DNA from: Patescibacteria group bacterium | Lineage (GTDB): Bacteria; Patescibacteriota; Patescibacteriia; UBA9934 | DNA: 64,000 bases | Direction: 5' to 3' | Assembly (NCBI GenBank): GCA_018062825.1 | Contig: JAGORL010000004.1 | Span: 7,409-71,408 of the forward strand | Shown: piece by piece, positions 14,899-25,465 of the stretch | How positions within the stretch are numbered: position 1 is the first letter of the stretch | How the letters are laid out: the number at the start of each line of letters is the position of its first letter | The notes under the pieces: model-generated | Told to the model about the DNA's origin: nothing | What the model saw: the letters and a program-made list of their open reading frames with translations, nothing else | Databases searched by the model: none | Translations under genes and position numbers: made by a program

Positions 14899-17280
14899 TT
14901 AGCGAACGGTAGCCTTAAAACGCTCAGCAATCGTGGCGCCAGCGGCATGAACAACGCCATCAATCTCTTCAGTAGTGAGCGTTCGATCAGGTGCGCCAAT
15001 TGCATACGAAATAGTCACGCTCTTCATACCCTCCGGAATACCTTTGCCTCGATAAATATCAACAAGCGATACGCCGCGTAACAAAACCCGATCCGAAAGT
15101 GATGCTACTAAATCACTAAAGGACACTCGTTCCTGCATAAGATACGCAACGTCACGAGTTGCCGTTGGAAACGCTGGCACCGGCACGTACGCACGAGAGG
15201 CTCGTGCGCTAGCAAAAAGGATTTCTAGATCAAGGCTAAGAGCAAAAACCGGTCGCAAAATACCATACGCTTGCTGGATATCAGGGTGAACCTGACCGAT
15301 AACGCCAACAGACTGTCCATCTACAACAATACGAGCCGATCGCCCCGCATGCCACACGGCACTTGCCTCTTCGCGCTCAAGGGTAAACGAAAGGCCAAGA
15401 TGCGCCGACAAACGCTCAAGCGTTCCCTTGACTCGGCGAAACGCCATCTCAGCATCCTCCTCGCCATAAACCGCAAGCGCTAACGCGAAGCGTTCGTCCG
15501 GTAAATCACCCGCCCGCTTCACGTACACACGTGATAACTCAAATACTTCAGCGCTCGGAGTTGTAGCCTGATTGCGTTCAATATCTCGAAGTACGCTCGG
15601 CAAAAGCACTGGTCGCAAATGCGACAATTCCTCAGAAAGTGGGTTTAAAACCTCCACCGCTTCTTTTGGTGATACTAAATACTTCTCAAGAGTTACCGCG
15701 TCAACAAATGAATACCCGAAAAACTCCGTATAACCATCATTGGCAAGAAAACGCTTCGTTTCCTGCTCAAGCGACAAGCTAACATCGTCACCATAAGAAG
15801 GAGGCGGCGCTGAAGGAAGCGTATACGGCATCTGGTGATACCCATATAAACGAGCAATCTCTTCAGTAAAATCGATCTCACCTTCGATGTCATGATCGCG
15901 CCAGTATGGAACGGTGGCCTTCATGTTTTTACCGCTTGGGGTCAGAGAAAACCCAAGACGCGTAAGCATGGAGTACATATCAGCGTCAGGAATCTCAACA
16001 CCAATGCGTGACCGAATCTTCTTCGGAACAACCGCAAAACTAAGCGGTTTGTATGGCGCTACCCGCTCATCAACGACAACCGAGGTGACACGACTATGAG
16101 CAAGCTCGCTGCAAAGCTGAACCGCACGCGCCAAAGCTTGAGGCAAAGCTTCTGTGGAAAGTCCTTTTTCAAAAAGAAGCTGTGACTGTGACTGAAGATT
16201 CAAATCACGAGATGTCTTACGAATAGAAACCTCATGAAAGGTTGCCGCCTCAAAAACAATTGAGGTCGTTGCGTCAGAAACGCCGGACGCTAAACCTCCC
16301 ATAACGCCCGCAATCGCAAGCGGCCCCTCAGTGTCCGCAATCACCAAATGCTTAGCGGTAAGCGTATATTCCTTACCATCAAGTGCAACAAGTTTTTCGC
16401 CCTTCTTTGCTAAACGTACTTCAATCTTGCCGCCGCTAATTTTAGCGGCATCAAATGCATGCATCGGCTGGCCAAGTTCATGCAAAACAAGATTCGTAAT
16501 GTCGACAACGTTGTTTATTGGAGTAAAGCCTGCTAACAGCAGCTTCTTCTGCACCCACCATGGCGACGGACCTACCTTCACATCATCCATACGCACCGCC
16601 ATGTAACGCGAACAAAGCTTCTTGGCAGCATTCACAACCTCAAGCTGCTCACTTCCGGAAACAATCGGCGCCACAACTGGAGCAGTAAAAGTTGCACCAA
16701 GTGCCGCACCCGCCTCACGCGCCAAACCAACCACGCCCATGCAATCCGGGCGGTTAGTTGTGATCTCAATATCAAACAAAACGTCATCCAGCCCTAGCGC
16801 TTGAGCAATTGGCGCACCAGCCTTAGCATCAGTAATCTCAGTTAAATCCCAAATTTCTCGTTCGCTAGCTTTTACATTTGGAAAGCCGACCTCAGCAGCC
16901 GCACAAATCATGCCAACACTCTTCACGCCTCGAATTTCTGTCTCTGCAAGTTCAATTAAATCCCCTTCCCCGTGCCAACGAACCTTAGCTCCAGGAAGTG
17001 CCACGAAAACTTTTTGATCTACGTATAAATTTGATCCGCCACAAACAATCTCAACCGTACGCTCGCCAACATCAGTCACGGCAATGCGCAGCTTGTTAGC
17101 GTTCGGATGCTCTTTTAGTTCACGAATCACACCAAGGACCATGCGATCAAAAGAATCAGCAAGCTTTTGTACAGACTCAACCGACATCGATCGCAAACTA
17201 ACTTCGCGAGCAAACTCCTCAGGGGAAGCATTCGTTTGCAGATACTCTTTTAGCCAACTATATGACGCTAGGATATTCAT
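14899..17280 (-). CDS. pheT: phenylalanine--tRNA ligase beta subunit
   Basis: 793 aa with tRNA-binding, B3/B4, B5 and FDX-ACB-like C-terminus. Its start lies 1 nt after the pheS stop. Confidence 0.95.
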   Translation of the reverse strand: MNILASYSWLKEYLQTNASPEEFAREVSLRSMSVESVQKLADSFDRMVLGVIRELKEHPNANKLRIAVTDVGERTVEIVCGGSNLYVDQKVFVALPGAKVRWHGEGDLIELAETEIRGVKSVGMICAAAEVGFPNVKASEREIWDLTEITDAKAGAPIAQALGLDDVLFDIEITTNRPDCMGVVGLAREAGAALGATFTAPVVAPIVSGSEQLEVVNAAKKLCSRYMAVRMDDVKVGPSPWWVQKKLLLAGFTPINNVVDITNLVLHELGQPMHAFDAAKISGGKIEVRLAKKGEKLVALDGKEYTLTAKHLVIADTEGPLAIAGVMGGLASGVSDATTSIVFEAATFHEVSIRKTSRDLNLQSQSQLLFEKGLSTEALPQALARAVQLCSELAHSRVTSVVVDERVAPYKPLSFAVVPKKIRSRIGVEIPDADMYSMLTRLGFSLTPSGKNMKATVPYWRDHDIEGEIDFTEEIARLYGYHQMPYTLPSAPPPSYGDDVSLSLEQETKRFLANDGYTEFFGYSFVDAVTLEKYLVSPKEAVEVLNPLSEELSHLRPVLLPSVLRDIERNQATTPSAEVFELSRVYVKRAGDLPDERFALALAVYGEEDAEMAFRRVKGTLERLSAHLGLSFTLEREEASAVWHAGRSARIVVDGQSVGVIGQVHPDIQQAYGILRPVFALSLDLEILFASARASRAYVPVPAFPTATRDVAYLMQERVSFSDLVASLSDRVLLRGVSLVDIYRGKGIPEGMKSVTISYAIGAPDRTLTTEEIDGVVHAAGATIAERFKATVR

Positions 17281-17281
17281 A

Positions 17282-18349
17282 TTAAAACTGCTTCAAGAAA
17301 CGAAGATCGTTGCGATACATGATGCGAATATCGTCGATATTCAAGCCTGATCGCATCATAAGCGTGCGCTCTACTCCCCAACCGAAAGCAAAACCTTGGT
17401 ACTTCTTTGGATCAAGTCCACCAGCTTTCAAAACGTTCGGATGCACCATGCCAGCTCCCCCAAGTTCCAACCAACCACCTTTACACAATTTGCACTTCAC
17501 ACCGTTTAAAACGCCATCACCTCCGCAAACACTACAAGAAACATCGAGCTCAAAACTTGGTTCAGTGAATCTGAAGTGAAACGGGCGCAAGCGCGTCTTT
17601 CTGTCCTCGCCAAAAAAACGCTTCACAAAAAAATCAAACACGCCTTGCAGGTCAGTAATCGTTACTTTTTCATCAATCATTAAACCTTCAAACTGATGAA
17701 ACATTGGCAAATGACGCGCCGTTGCCTGACGACGGTATGTCTTACCAATAGAGATCATGCGAATTGGCAGGCGCCCCTTTTCCATTTCGCGCACCTGACC
17801 GTTACTTGTGTGCGGAGTAAGAACCATCTTGCCCTTCTCGCCAGTCACAAGCCCACCCCCTTCACCAATGAAAAACGTCTCCCATTCATCACGTGCCGGG
17901 TGCTCCTTAGGCATGTTGAGCGATTCAAACGCATAATAATCCCAATCGACTTCCGGATGGCGCGAACGAACAAAACCAAGCTTACTAAAAATCTCCATGA
18001 CTTCATCTATGGCTTGCGTGGTCAAATGCGTGTGACCAACCTTGGAATCTGAACCAGGCAGCGTAATATCAAGCCACTCTCGCTCAGTTGCCTGCGCTGC
18101 CGCAAGCTCACGAACGCGAGCCTCGGCAGCGGTAAACGCGCCTTCCACGGTTGCCTTGGTGGTATTCACAAGCTGACCCATGGTCTTACGCTCCTCTGGA
18201 GAAAGCGATCCAAAATCAGCCAGCATCTCAGCTAAGCGACCTTTACGACCAAGAAAAGAAACACGCGCCGCCTCCAAGGCCTCAAGTGTTGCTACCTCAC
18301 GAAGCGCGGCAAGCGCCTCTTGTTCAAATGTCTGCAATTGGTCACGCAT
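17282..18349 (-). CDS. pheS: phenylalanine--tRNA ligase alpha subunit
   Basis: Class II motifs and a C-terminus ..GMVHPNVLKAGGLDPKKYQGFAFGWGVERTLMMRSGLNIDDIRIMYRNDLRFLKQF. It contains a CSVCGG..CKLCKGG Cys4 knuckle insertion. Confidence 0.95.
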   Translation of the reverse strand: MRDQLQTFEQEALAALREVATLEALEAARVSFLGRKGRLAEMLADFGSLSPEERKTMGQLVNTTKATVEGAFTAAEARVRELAAAQATEREWLDITLPGSDSKVGHTHLTTQAIDEVMEIFSKLGFVRSRHPEVDWDYYAFESLNMPKEHPARDEWETFFIGEGGGLVTGEKGKMVLTPHTSNGQVREMEKGRLPIRMISIGKTYRRQATARHLPMFHQFEGLMIDEKVTITDLQGVFDFFVKRFFGEDRKTRLRPFHFRFTEPSFELDVSCSVCGGDGVLNGVKCKLCKGGWLELGGAGMVHPNVLKAGGLDPKKYQGFAFGWGVERTLMMRSGLNIDDIRIMYRNDLRFLKQF

Positions 18350-18356
18350 ACGGGTT

Positions 18357-19442
18357 TTAGAAGAAAAGCTTCACTAGATCACGATAGGTCACAAATACCA
18401 CAAGTAGGAGTAAAAATGCGAATCCAGCCGCATGCACCCCTTGCTCAAAACGCGCACTCGCACGCTTACGGCGCACAGCCTCTAGGAACAAAAACGCAAT
18501 ACGGCCACCATCAAGAGCCGGGAAAGGTAGGGCGTTCAAAACTGCTAGGTTAATAGAAAGCATCGCGGCAAACTGCACCAAATGTGAAAAACCAAGTGAT
18601 GCTACCTGACCCGTCATGACTGCAATACCAACCGGTCCCGAAAGTTCTGCTGCCACATTTTCACGCTGGACAAGCCCAGCAATAAGACCACCAAAGGCCT
18701 GCACAACCTGAATAGTCATCACCGTAGCCGCCTCAATTCCCTTAGGTAGAACAAGGTACCAAGGGTAACGAACGGTACCGGTCGTCAAAACCCCAACCCC
18801 AACCGCCTCACGCCCGACCTCTTCAATAAAAGCCGGTTGAACCAAGAACGTCTGCACCTCGCCCGCACGACGAACATCGATGCTAAGCGGCGATCCGTCA
18901 GCCTTTGGCGTGAGCGCTACACGAGCCTCCTCACCCGTCAAAACAGCCGCGCCGTCAATCGTTAGAATTGCATCACCCTCTAAAATACCCGCGGTCGCTG
19001 CCGGTGAATCAGGGAGCACCTGCAAAACGCTTACTGAAATATCAGAAACCTTGGCGCCCGCCGGTGCGTCTTCAATAACTGCCGGCAAACCAACCGCAAA
19101 CCCAAAAGCAAACAATAACGCCGCTACAATAAAATTCATGAGTACGCCACCGGAAAGCGTTAAAAAACGCCACGGGATGCTTTTACTGGCAAAGCTCCCG
19201 GGAAGCTCAGCATCGTGCCCATTTTCACCAAAAATCTTTACAAAACCTCCGAGCGGAATGAGGTTAATGCTCCAATCAGTTCCTCGCGCATCTTTCCAAG
19301 CAAAAAGGCGCGGCGGAAAGCCAACACCAAATTCCTCAATCTTCATACCTGCCTTGCGTGCCGCCATGTAATGACCAAACTCATGCGCAACAACAAGGGC
19401 GGAGAGAATGACAATGAAAAGGATGACCGTCAAAATCGCCAT
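18357..19442 (-). CDS. rseP: RIP (site-2) zinc metalloprotease RseP; ATG at 19442 (track start 19511 is an extension)
   Basis: HEFGHYMAARKAGM HExxH motif within the first TM region, PDZ-like middle and C-terminal TMs. Its start lies 1 nt after the stop of the upstream gene. Confidence 0.9.
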   Translation of the reverse strand: MAILTVILFIVILSALVVAHEFGHYMAARKAGMKIEEFGVGFPPRLFAWKDARGTDWSINLIPLGGFVKIFGENGHDAELPGSFASKSIPWRFLTLSGGVLMNFIVAALLFAFGFAVGLPAVIEDAPAGAKVSDISVSVLQVLPDSPAATAGILEGDAILTIDGAAVLTGEEARVALTPKADGSPLSIDVRRAGEVQTFLVQPAFIEEVGREAVGVGVLTTGTVRYPWYLVLPKGIEAATVMTIQVVQAFGGLIAGLVQRENVAAELSGPVGIAVMTGQVASLGFSHLVQFAAMLSINLAVLNALPFPALDGGRIAFLFLEAVRRKRASARFEQGVHAAGFAFLLLLVVFVTYRDLVKLFF

Positions 19443-19443
19443 A

Positions 19444-20808
19444 TTAAGCTTCAATAATCGATCGAACCTGCGCCGTTTTTGCTTGCATAACCTCTTGCGA
19501 CACCGCCTCAAGATTCAAACGCAAGAGCGGCTCGGTATTTGAGGCTCGAACATTGAACCAAAAATCAGAATACGTAAAAGACAGTCCATCAAGATCGGAT
19601 TGCACAGCATCAGCAAAAGTAGATTTGAGCTGAGCAAGCACCGCTTCTTTATCAGCAACCTTGAAGTTGATCTCCCCCGAATGAGCATACTTACGAAGCG
19701 GGGCAACGATCTCAGACAGTGGTTTATTTTCACGCTTCATCTCTCCAAGAACAAACAAAAGGGTAACAAGCGGCGCCTCAAATGATCCTTGCGGTAAACG
19801 GAAGTAGAAATGACCAGAGGATTCACCAGCAAAAACCGCATCCTCCTTAAGCATGGTGTCTTTAATAAGCGCGTGACCAACTTTGGTAACAATCGGCACA
19901 CCCCCAGCCTCACGAATCATGTCCTCAGTAATTTTACCGGGACGAATGTCATAACAGATCTTTGCCCCCGGATACCTGCGCAAAACCGCCCGCGCCACAA
20001 GTCCGCGTACAATCGCCGGATCAACCAGCTCCCCCTTATCATCAATAAAAAAGATGCGATCACCATCACCATCGGTTGCAATACCGATATCAGCACCAGC
20101 CTCCTTAATCCGATGACGAATCGCTTCAGTGTTCTCTTCCTTAAATGGATCCGCCTCATGATTAGGAAAGGTTCCATCAAAATCCCAAAACATTCTTTCT
20201 ACTGTTGCCGGTAAAAGCTTAAAGAGTTCATCAAGGTACTGTGCGCCCATGCCGTTCGCACTATCACAAATCATGCGATACGACGGCAAATCTCCCACAT
20301 CAGCTACCGCCACCTCGTTTTCAGCATGCAAACGAGCGATGTCACCCACGCTCTCAAAAGAACCTCCTGGACGCAAAGAAAAGTCATCAGCCTCCATCAT
20401 CTGACGCAAGGTTTGCAAACCAGTGCCACCACCTACCGGAACGCCACGGGCACGAACAATCTTAAAACCGTTGTACTCCGCTGGGTTATGAGATGCGCTT
20501 ACCATAGCGCCACCATCCGCATTCAAGTAACTTACTGCAAAATAAAAGGCCGGCGTGGAAACAAGTCCAACCCGCAAAACCTGAGCGCCCACCTCCTGCA
20601 ACCCTCGTGTGAGCTCGTCACTAAAGGTCGGCGACGTTGGCCGCATATCCTCACCAACAACAACTACCGGCTGATCCTTATGGGTCTCTCGAGCTAAAAG
20701 GGTGCCAAGCGCCTTACCTAAACCATAGGCAAACTCATTTGTAAGCTGAGAATCAACAAGGCCACGAATGTCGTAGGCTTTAAAAACGCCAGAAGGGATA
20801 TTTTGCAT
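19444..20808 (-). CDS. alpha-D-phosphohexomutase (phosphomannomutase/phosphoglucomutase family)
   Basis: Active-site loop GAMVSASHNPAEYNGFK and metal-binding loop GIATDGDGDR. 454 aa. Confidence 0.85.
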   Translation of the reverse strand: MQNIPSGVFKAYDIRGLVDSQLTNEFAYGLGKALGTLLARETHKDQPVVVVGEDMRPTSPTFSDELTRGLQEVGAQVLRVGLVSTPAFYFAVSYLNADGGAMVSASHNPAEYNGFKIVRARGVPVGGGTGLQTLRQMMEADDFSLRPGGSFESVGDIARLHAENEVAVADVGDLPSYRMICDSANGMGAQYLDELFKLLPATVERMFWDFDGTFPNHEADPFKEENTEAIRHRIKEAGADIGIATDGDGDRIFFIDDKGELVDPAIVRGLVARAVLRRYPGAKICYDIRPGKITEDMIREAGGVPIVTKVGHALIKDTMLKEDAVFAGESSGHFYFRLPQGSFEAPLVTLLFVLGEMKRENKPLSEIVAPLRKYAHSGEINFKVADKEAVLAQLKSTFADAVQSDLDGLSFTYSDFWFNVRASNTEPLLRLNLEAVSQEVMQAKTAQVRSIIEA

Positions 20809-20912
20809 AGAAATATACTCACCAATTGTAGTCGATTTAAAAAAGAAACAAAAGATAAAACCCCTGAAAGAAAGCTAATGGCTAAGGTTGGCGATTTTTT
20901 AGAAACCGTCAA

Positions 20913-20941
20913 TTGACGCCCTGGGTCAAAAACCGTAAACT
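20913..20941 (+). promoter_or_regulatory. candidate sigma70 promoter for lemA (TTGACG-N17-TAAACT)
   Basis: ttgacgccctgggtcaaaaaccgtaaact, 26 nt upstream of the lemA ATG. Confidence 0.4.
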
Positions 20942-20967
20942 CTAGCTAAGATTTTTCTTTTTTTGCT

Positions 20968-21534
20968 ATGCCTACTTTGATCCTTGTCATCGTTCTAGGT
21001 TTCGTAGGATTTGCCGCCCTTATCCTTGGCTGGCTCGTTCTCACGTTCAACGGACTAGTTGTAGCAAAAAACCGTGTTGAGGAAGCCCTCGGAGACATTG
21101 AGGTACAACTGAAGCGTCGCTATGACCTCATTCCAAACCTCGTAAACACCGTAAAAGGCTATGCCAAGCATGAGGATAGCGTGTTTACCAAGGTAACAGA
21201 GGCGCGCTCTCAAGCAATGCAAGCCACTACTCCAGCACAACACGCTCAAGCAGAAGGCATGCTCACCGGTGCTTTGAAGTCTCTGTTTGCGGTCGCTGAA
21301 GCCTACCCAGATCTTAAAGCCTCAGATAATTTCCGCCACTTACAAACAGAACTCGTAGACGCCGAAGACAAAATTCAGGCATCACGTCGCTTCTACAATG
21401 GTCAGGTTCGCGACTTCAACACCAAGCTTCAGGTATTCCCAACAAACATGATCGGTTCCATGCTCGGCTTCAAGGGTTACGCCTTCTACGACGCTCCAAC
21501 CGAACACGAGGCAAATCCGGAAGTACAGTTCTAA
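20968..21534 (+). CDS. lemA: LemA family protein
   Basis: 188 aa with an N-terminal TM and a conserved LemA body (..EAYPDLKASDNFRHLQTELVDAEDKIQASRRFYN..). Confidence 0.85.
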   Translation: MPTLILVIVLGFVGFAALILGWLVLTFNGLVVAKNRVEEALGDIEVQLKRRYDLIPNLVNTVKGYAKHEDSVFTKVTEARSQAMQATTPAQHAQAEGMLTGALKSLFAVAEAYPDLKASDNFRHLQTELVDAEDKIQASRRFYNGQVRDFNTKLQVFPTNMIGSMLGFKGYAFYDAPTEHEANPEVQF

Positions 21535-21558
21535 AGTCACCTTCAGCTACCAATTCGT

Positions 21559-22437
21559 ATGTACAGCGCCATTAGCGCTAACAAACGCCGCACCTGGGTG
21601 CTCATCTTTCTGATGAGTGCCTTTATTATTACGCTTTTTGCAGTACTAGGCACAGCGTACGGCATTGATGCGGGAGCAGCTATCGTGCTTGGCACCATGT
21701 TCTCAACCATCTACACACTCTTCTCCTACTACGCATCAGATAGCGTGGCACTCATGACCGCCGGTGCAAAGCGTATTGAAAAAAAGGATGCCCCAGAGAT
21801 CTGGAACCTCGTTGAAAATCTCTGCATAGCAAATGGGCAACCAATGCCAGCCGTCTACATCATCAATGATGATAGCCCAAACGCTTTTGCTACCGGCCGC
21901 GATCCAAAGCATGCTTCAATCGCCTTCACAACCGGCATCTTACGCATCCTGGAAAAACAGGAACTCGAGGGTGTTATCGCGCATGAGCTTTCGCACATCA
22001 AAAACTACGACATTCGCGTCATGACAATTGTAGTTGTGCTCGTTGGCGCCGTCACTCTCGCCGCTGATATCTTCTTGCGCGGCAGTCTCTTTGGTGGCGA
22101 TAACCGCCGAGGCAACAACCTACCGCTTATTCTCATCGGCCTAGCGCTCGCTATCTTGTCCCCGCTTTTCGCCGAGCTCATCAAGCTCGCAGTCTCACGA
22201 CAACGCGAATTCCTCGCCGACGCCTCAGGTGCACTACTTACCCGTTACCCGGAAGGCCTAGCCTCAGCACTTGAAAAGATTGCTAGCGTTGGGAAGCCGC
22301 TCAAAAACGCTAATCACGCCACTGCTCACCTGTATATCAGTAATCCTTTCAAGAAAAAGGGCACCTTCCAAAAAATGTTCTCAACCCATCCGCCAACCGA
22401 GGAACGCGTCAAACGTCTTCGCTCAATCGGTGCGTAA
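21559..22437 (+). CDS. htpX: zinc metalloprotease HtpX (M48 family)
   Basis: HELSHIKN HExxH motif between TM segments, in the usual lemA-htpX pair. Confidence 0.9.
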   Translation: MYSAISANKRRTWVLIFLMSAFIITLFAVLGTAYGIDAGAAIVLGTMFSTIYTLFSYYASDSVALMTAGAKRIEKKDAPEIWNLVENLCIANGQPMPAVYIINDDSPNAFATGRDPKHASIAFTTGILRILEKQELEGVIAHELSHIKNYDIRVMTIVVVLVGAVTLAADIFLRGSLFGGDNRRGNNLPLILIGLALAILSPLFAELIKLAVSRQREFLADASGALLTRYPEGLASALEKIASVGKPLKNANHATAHLYISNPFKKKGTFQKMFSTHPPTEERVKRLRSIGA

Positions 22438-22446
22438 TGTCGCTCT

Positions 22447-24900
22447 ATGGATCCACTCGATCGTTTTACCGGCCATCTAAAAAACGTCCTTACTCGGGCG
22501 CTTGTTCTTGTGGTTGAGATGGGTGGAGAAACGATCACTCCAGCACATTTACTCTGGGCAATCGGAACCGAGCGTGAATCACTCGGCTCCGACATCCTCC
22601 TCAAGGCCGGAATCGAACTTGATGAACTGCGAGTACTTGCTGGCGCCCCCAAAGACCCATCGCAACTTCCTGGAAGTAACGCCGCACACGCCACCCCACT
22701 ACTTTCAGATGACGCTAAGCGCGCTATTGAAAAAGCCATGCTCGCTGCAAGTTTGCATGAACACAAATACGTCGGCACTGAGCACGTACTCTACGGGCTC
22801 CTACGCATCAATACGCCACCAATCGCCACCTTCTTCACAACACACAACACCAAACTCCAAGCCATCGATGCTCGTTTAGCAAGTGTTTTCCAATCGCTGA
22901 AAAACAGTGAAAAGGGCAAGGAAAAAACCGCAGAACAACAAGCATGCGATGACTGCGGCCAAGTACATGACAAGGACGAACACGATAAATCTGCTCTAGA
23001 TTTCTTTGGCGTTGAACTAACTGCTAAGGAAAAAATTAAAACCCTCGATGACCTCAGTGGTCGTGAGGGAGAGATTGAACGCCTCGCATCTATCCTTTCC
23101 CGTCGCACTAAAAATAATCCACTACTCCTTGGTGAAGCCGGTGTTGGTAAAACCGCTATCGTTGAGGGCTTGGCAAAGATGATCGCTAACAAAACCGCCC
23201 CCACCGCCCTGCACGGCAAGCGTATTTTTCAAATCGACATGGCCTCACTTGTCGCTGGCGCTATGTACCGCGGTGACTTTGAAGCTCGCTTAACCGATAT
23301 TCTAGAAGACATTAAAGACCTTGGCGGTAACGCTATTGTCTTTATTGACGAACTCCACACCGTTATCGGTGCAGGTGCCGGCGGTGGCGCACTTGATGCA
23401 AGCAATATCCTAAAACCCGCTCTTGCCCGCGGAGAGCTTAGGCTTATCGGTGCGACAACGCCAGCTGAGTACAAAAAAATCATCGAACCAGACCCAGCAT
23501 TCTCACGCCGCTTTGCGCCAGTAAGTGTGCATGAAATGTCTATTGCGCAAACCCGCGAACTCCTAACTGCTGCGGCAAAAAACTACGGCGAACACCACGG
23601 CGTCACCTACACAGAATCAGCGCTCGATAGCATTGTCGCTCTAGCAGATCGCTACATGCACAATCGTCATTTCCCAGACAAGGCCATCGATCTTCTCGAT
23701 GAAGTTGGGGCCATGGTAGCGAAAAGCCGAAAAACCGATACCTCACTTTCACAAAAAGCTGAAAAAGAAAAGGATCTTGAAAAAGCTCGTCTTGCAAAAA
23801 AAGAAGCCATTGAACAGGAGCGCTTTGCAGACGCCACCACTCTCAAAGAAACTGAAGAGCGCTTAGTGGCGCAACTTAATGCTTTCAAAAAAGCTGAACG
23901 AGAAGTTTTAAAAATCGATGTCAAAGAAGTAACACAAGCAGCAAGCTCCATGCTCGGCCTTCCGCTACACACTTTGTCAGAAAACGAGCGTGAAGAACTC
24001 ACAACTCTCGCGCCACGAATAAAAGAACGCATCATTGGGCAAGATGACGCAATAGAGCGAGTAACGCAAGCTTTAAAGCGCAGTCGACTAGGTCTACAAC
24101 GCCAAGATCGCCCACTTGCTTCTTTCATGTTCGCAGGACCATCTGGCGTAGGCAAAACAGAACTCGCGAAACTTTTAGCTGAACTTGGTTTTGGTAACAA
24201 AAAAAACCTCTTAAAGCTCGATATGAGCGAGTACGCTGAAGGCTTTGCCGTAAGCAAACTCATCGGCTCCCCGGCTGGCTACGTAGGCTTCAGAGAAGGC
24301 GCAAAGCTAACCGATCATCTCAAAAATAAACCGCACGGCATCATCGTGTTTGATGAAATAGAAAAAGCCCACAAGGACGTGCAAGGTCTACTTTTGCAAA
24401 TCCTGGAAGATGGTCAGTTAACAGATGCAGCCGGTAGCGTAGTAAACGCCAGAAACGCCGTTATTATTCTCACCACAAACATCGGACGTGAACTCTTCTC
24501 CGGAAAATCACTCGGCCTTGAATCAGCACAAGCTCCAACCGAAGGAGCGCTCCGCGGCTCACTTGAAGAATCATTCCGTCCAGAACTCCTGAACCGCCTT
24601 GATCAAATCATTGCGTTCAATGAGCTTACTAAAAACGACCTGTTAAAAATCGCTCAAAAAGAACTACGAGAGATAAAAGACCGCTTAAAAACACAGGATA
24701 TCAACATCGTGGTCGACAAAACAATCGCCGCACTCATTGTCACAAACTGCAAAGTACACCTCGGCGCCCGAGATATTCGCCGTGTCATTCTTGAATGCAT
24801 TGAATATCCACTTACCGATCTCGTTCTCAGCAAAAAACCAGTAAAACCCGTACAAATAACAACGGATAAAGCAGGTAAGCTAAAAATAAAAGCTAACTAG
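22447..24900 (+). CDS. clpC: ATP-dependent Clp protease ATP-binding subunit ClpC-like (class I AAA+ with two nucleotide-binding domains)
   Basis: Clp_N repeats, Walker A GEAGVGKTAIVEGLA, a short coiled linker, and second Walker A GPSGVGKTELAKLLA. 817 aa. Confidence 0.85.
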   Translation: MDPLDRFTGHLKNVLTRALVLVVEMGGETITPAHLLWAIGTERESLGSDILLKAGIELDELRVLAGAPKDPSQLPGSNAAHATPLLSDDAKRAIEKAMLAASLHEHKYVGTEHVLYGLLRINTPPIATFFTTHNTKLQAIDARLASVFQSLKNSEKGKEKTAEQQACDDCGQVHDKDEHDKSALDFFGVELTAKEKIKTLDDLSGREGEIERLASILSRRTKNNPLLLGEAGVGKTAIVEGLAKMIANKTAPTALHGKRIFQIDMASLVAGAMYRGDFEARLTDILEDIKDLGGNAIVFIDELHTVIGAGAGGGALDASNILKPALARGELRLIGATTPAEYKKIIEPDPAFSRRFAPVSVHEMSIAQTRELLTAAAKNYGEHHGVTYTESALDSIVALADRYMHNRHFPDKAIDLLDEVGAMVAKSRKTDTSLSQKAEKEKDLEKARLAKKEAIEQERFADATTLKETEERLVAQLNAFKKAEREVLKIDVKEVTQAASSMLGLPLHTLSENEREELTTLAPRIKERIIGQDDAIERVTQALKRSRLGLQRQDRPLASFMFAGPSGVGKTELAKLLAELGFGNKKNLLKLDMSEYAEGFAVSKLIGSPAGYVGFREGAKLTDHLKNKPHGIIVFDEIEKAHKDVQGLLLQILEDGQLTDAAGSVVNARNAVIILTTNIGRELFSGKSLGLESAQAPTEGALRGSLEESFRPELLNRLDQIIAFNELTKNDLLKIAQKELREIKDRLKTQDINIVVDKTIAALIVTNCKVHLGARDIRRVILECIEYPLTDLVLSKKPVKPVQITTDKAGKLKIKAN

Positions 24901-25433
24901 CCTTTTGTTAAGGCATCAGGAACGTACAACGGCGCAACTACGAGATAATAAAAAGTTCCAGCAGCAAAAATCGTTACAAGGAGCGTTGCGCTATAAGGAA
25001 CGCTAAGAACAGTAGCCGCATATCCAACTCCCCCAAATACCGCCCCTAAAATATCAGCGGTTATTTTTCGTTGTAAAAGAATAGGCTGACGCAATCTACC
25101 AATAAGAAGCGCGTACTTCATTGTGGCAACAAAAAAGACCCACACAAATACTACAAAAAAAGCTGCTAGATCATGCATTGAAAATGCAAAGGCTGCATAA
25201 CTCACAACAAGGACGATATCAATCACCCACTGTCGTAGATCACGCACATCAATCAACGCTGAAAAACAACGAATAGAGAAAAATGTATGTATCAAAATAA
25301 ATGCATACAAAAGCATTGCCAGAGGCTGTGGCGGCATAAAAAAAGAACTCACCACAGCAAAGAGTGCAAAAAGTGAAGTAACAACTCCTGCCTTCATGGT
25401 AGCTGGCTGGTATTTCATAAGCACAGTATACAA
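24897..25433 (-). CDS. hypothetical polytopic membrane protein
   Basis: 178 aa, about 5 hydrophobic segments. Its last codons overlap the clpC stop by 4 nt, convergently. Confidence 0.45.
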   Translation of the reverse strand: MYTVLMKYQPATMKAGVVTSLFALFAVVSSFFMPPQPLAMLLYAFILIHTFFSIRCFSALIDVRDLRQWVIDIVLVVSYAAFAFSMHDLAAFFVVFVWVFFVATMKYALLIGRLRQPILLQRKITADILGAVFGGVGYAATVLSVPYSATLLVTIFAAGTFYYLVVAPLYVPDALTKG

Positions 25434-25465
25434 GAACAGGTCATTATTCGTGCTAAAATACTAGC

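Noticed and set aside
17282-18349. Cys4 knuckle insertion (CSVCGG..CKLCKGG) near the PheS C-terminus
   Set aside because: As far as I recall, a similar zinc-ribbon insertion occurs in many bacterial PheS proteins (for example Bacillus), so it is not novel.
23667-24263. 198-aa and other antisense ORFs inside clpC, and the many 60-150-aa ORFs inside dnaE, pheT, recG and the giant gene
   Set aside because: They lie entirely within well-supported long genes on the opposite strand or in another frame.
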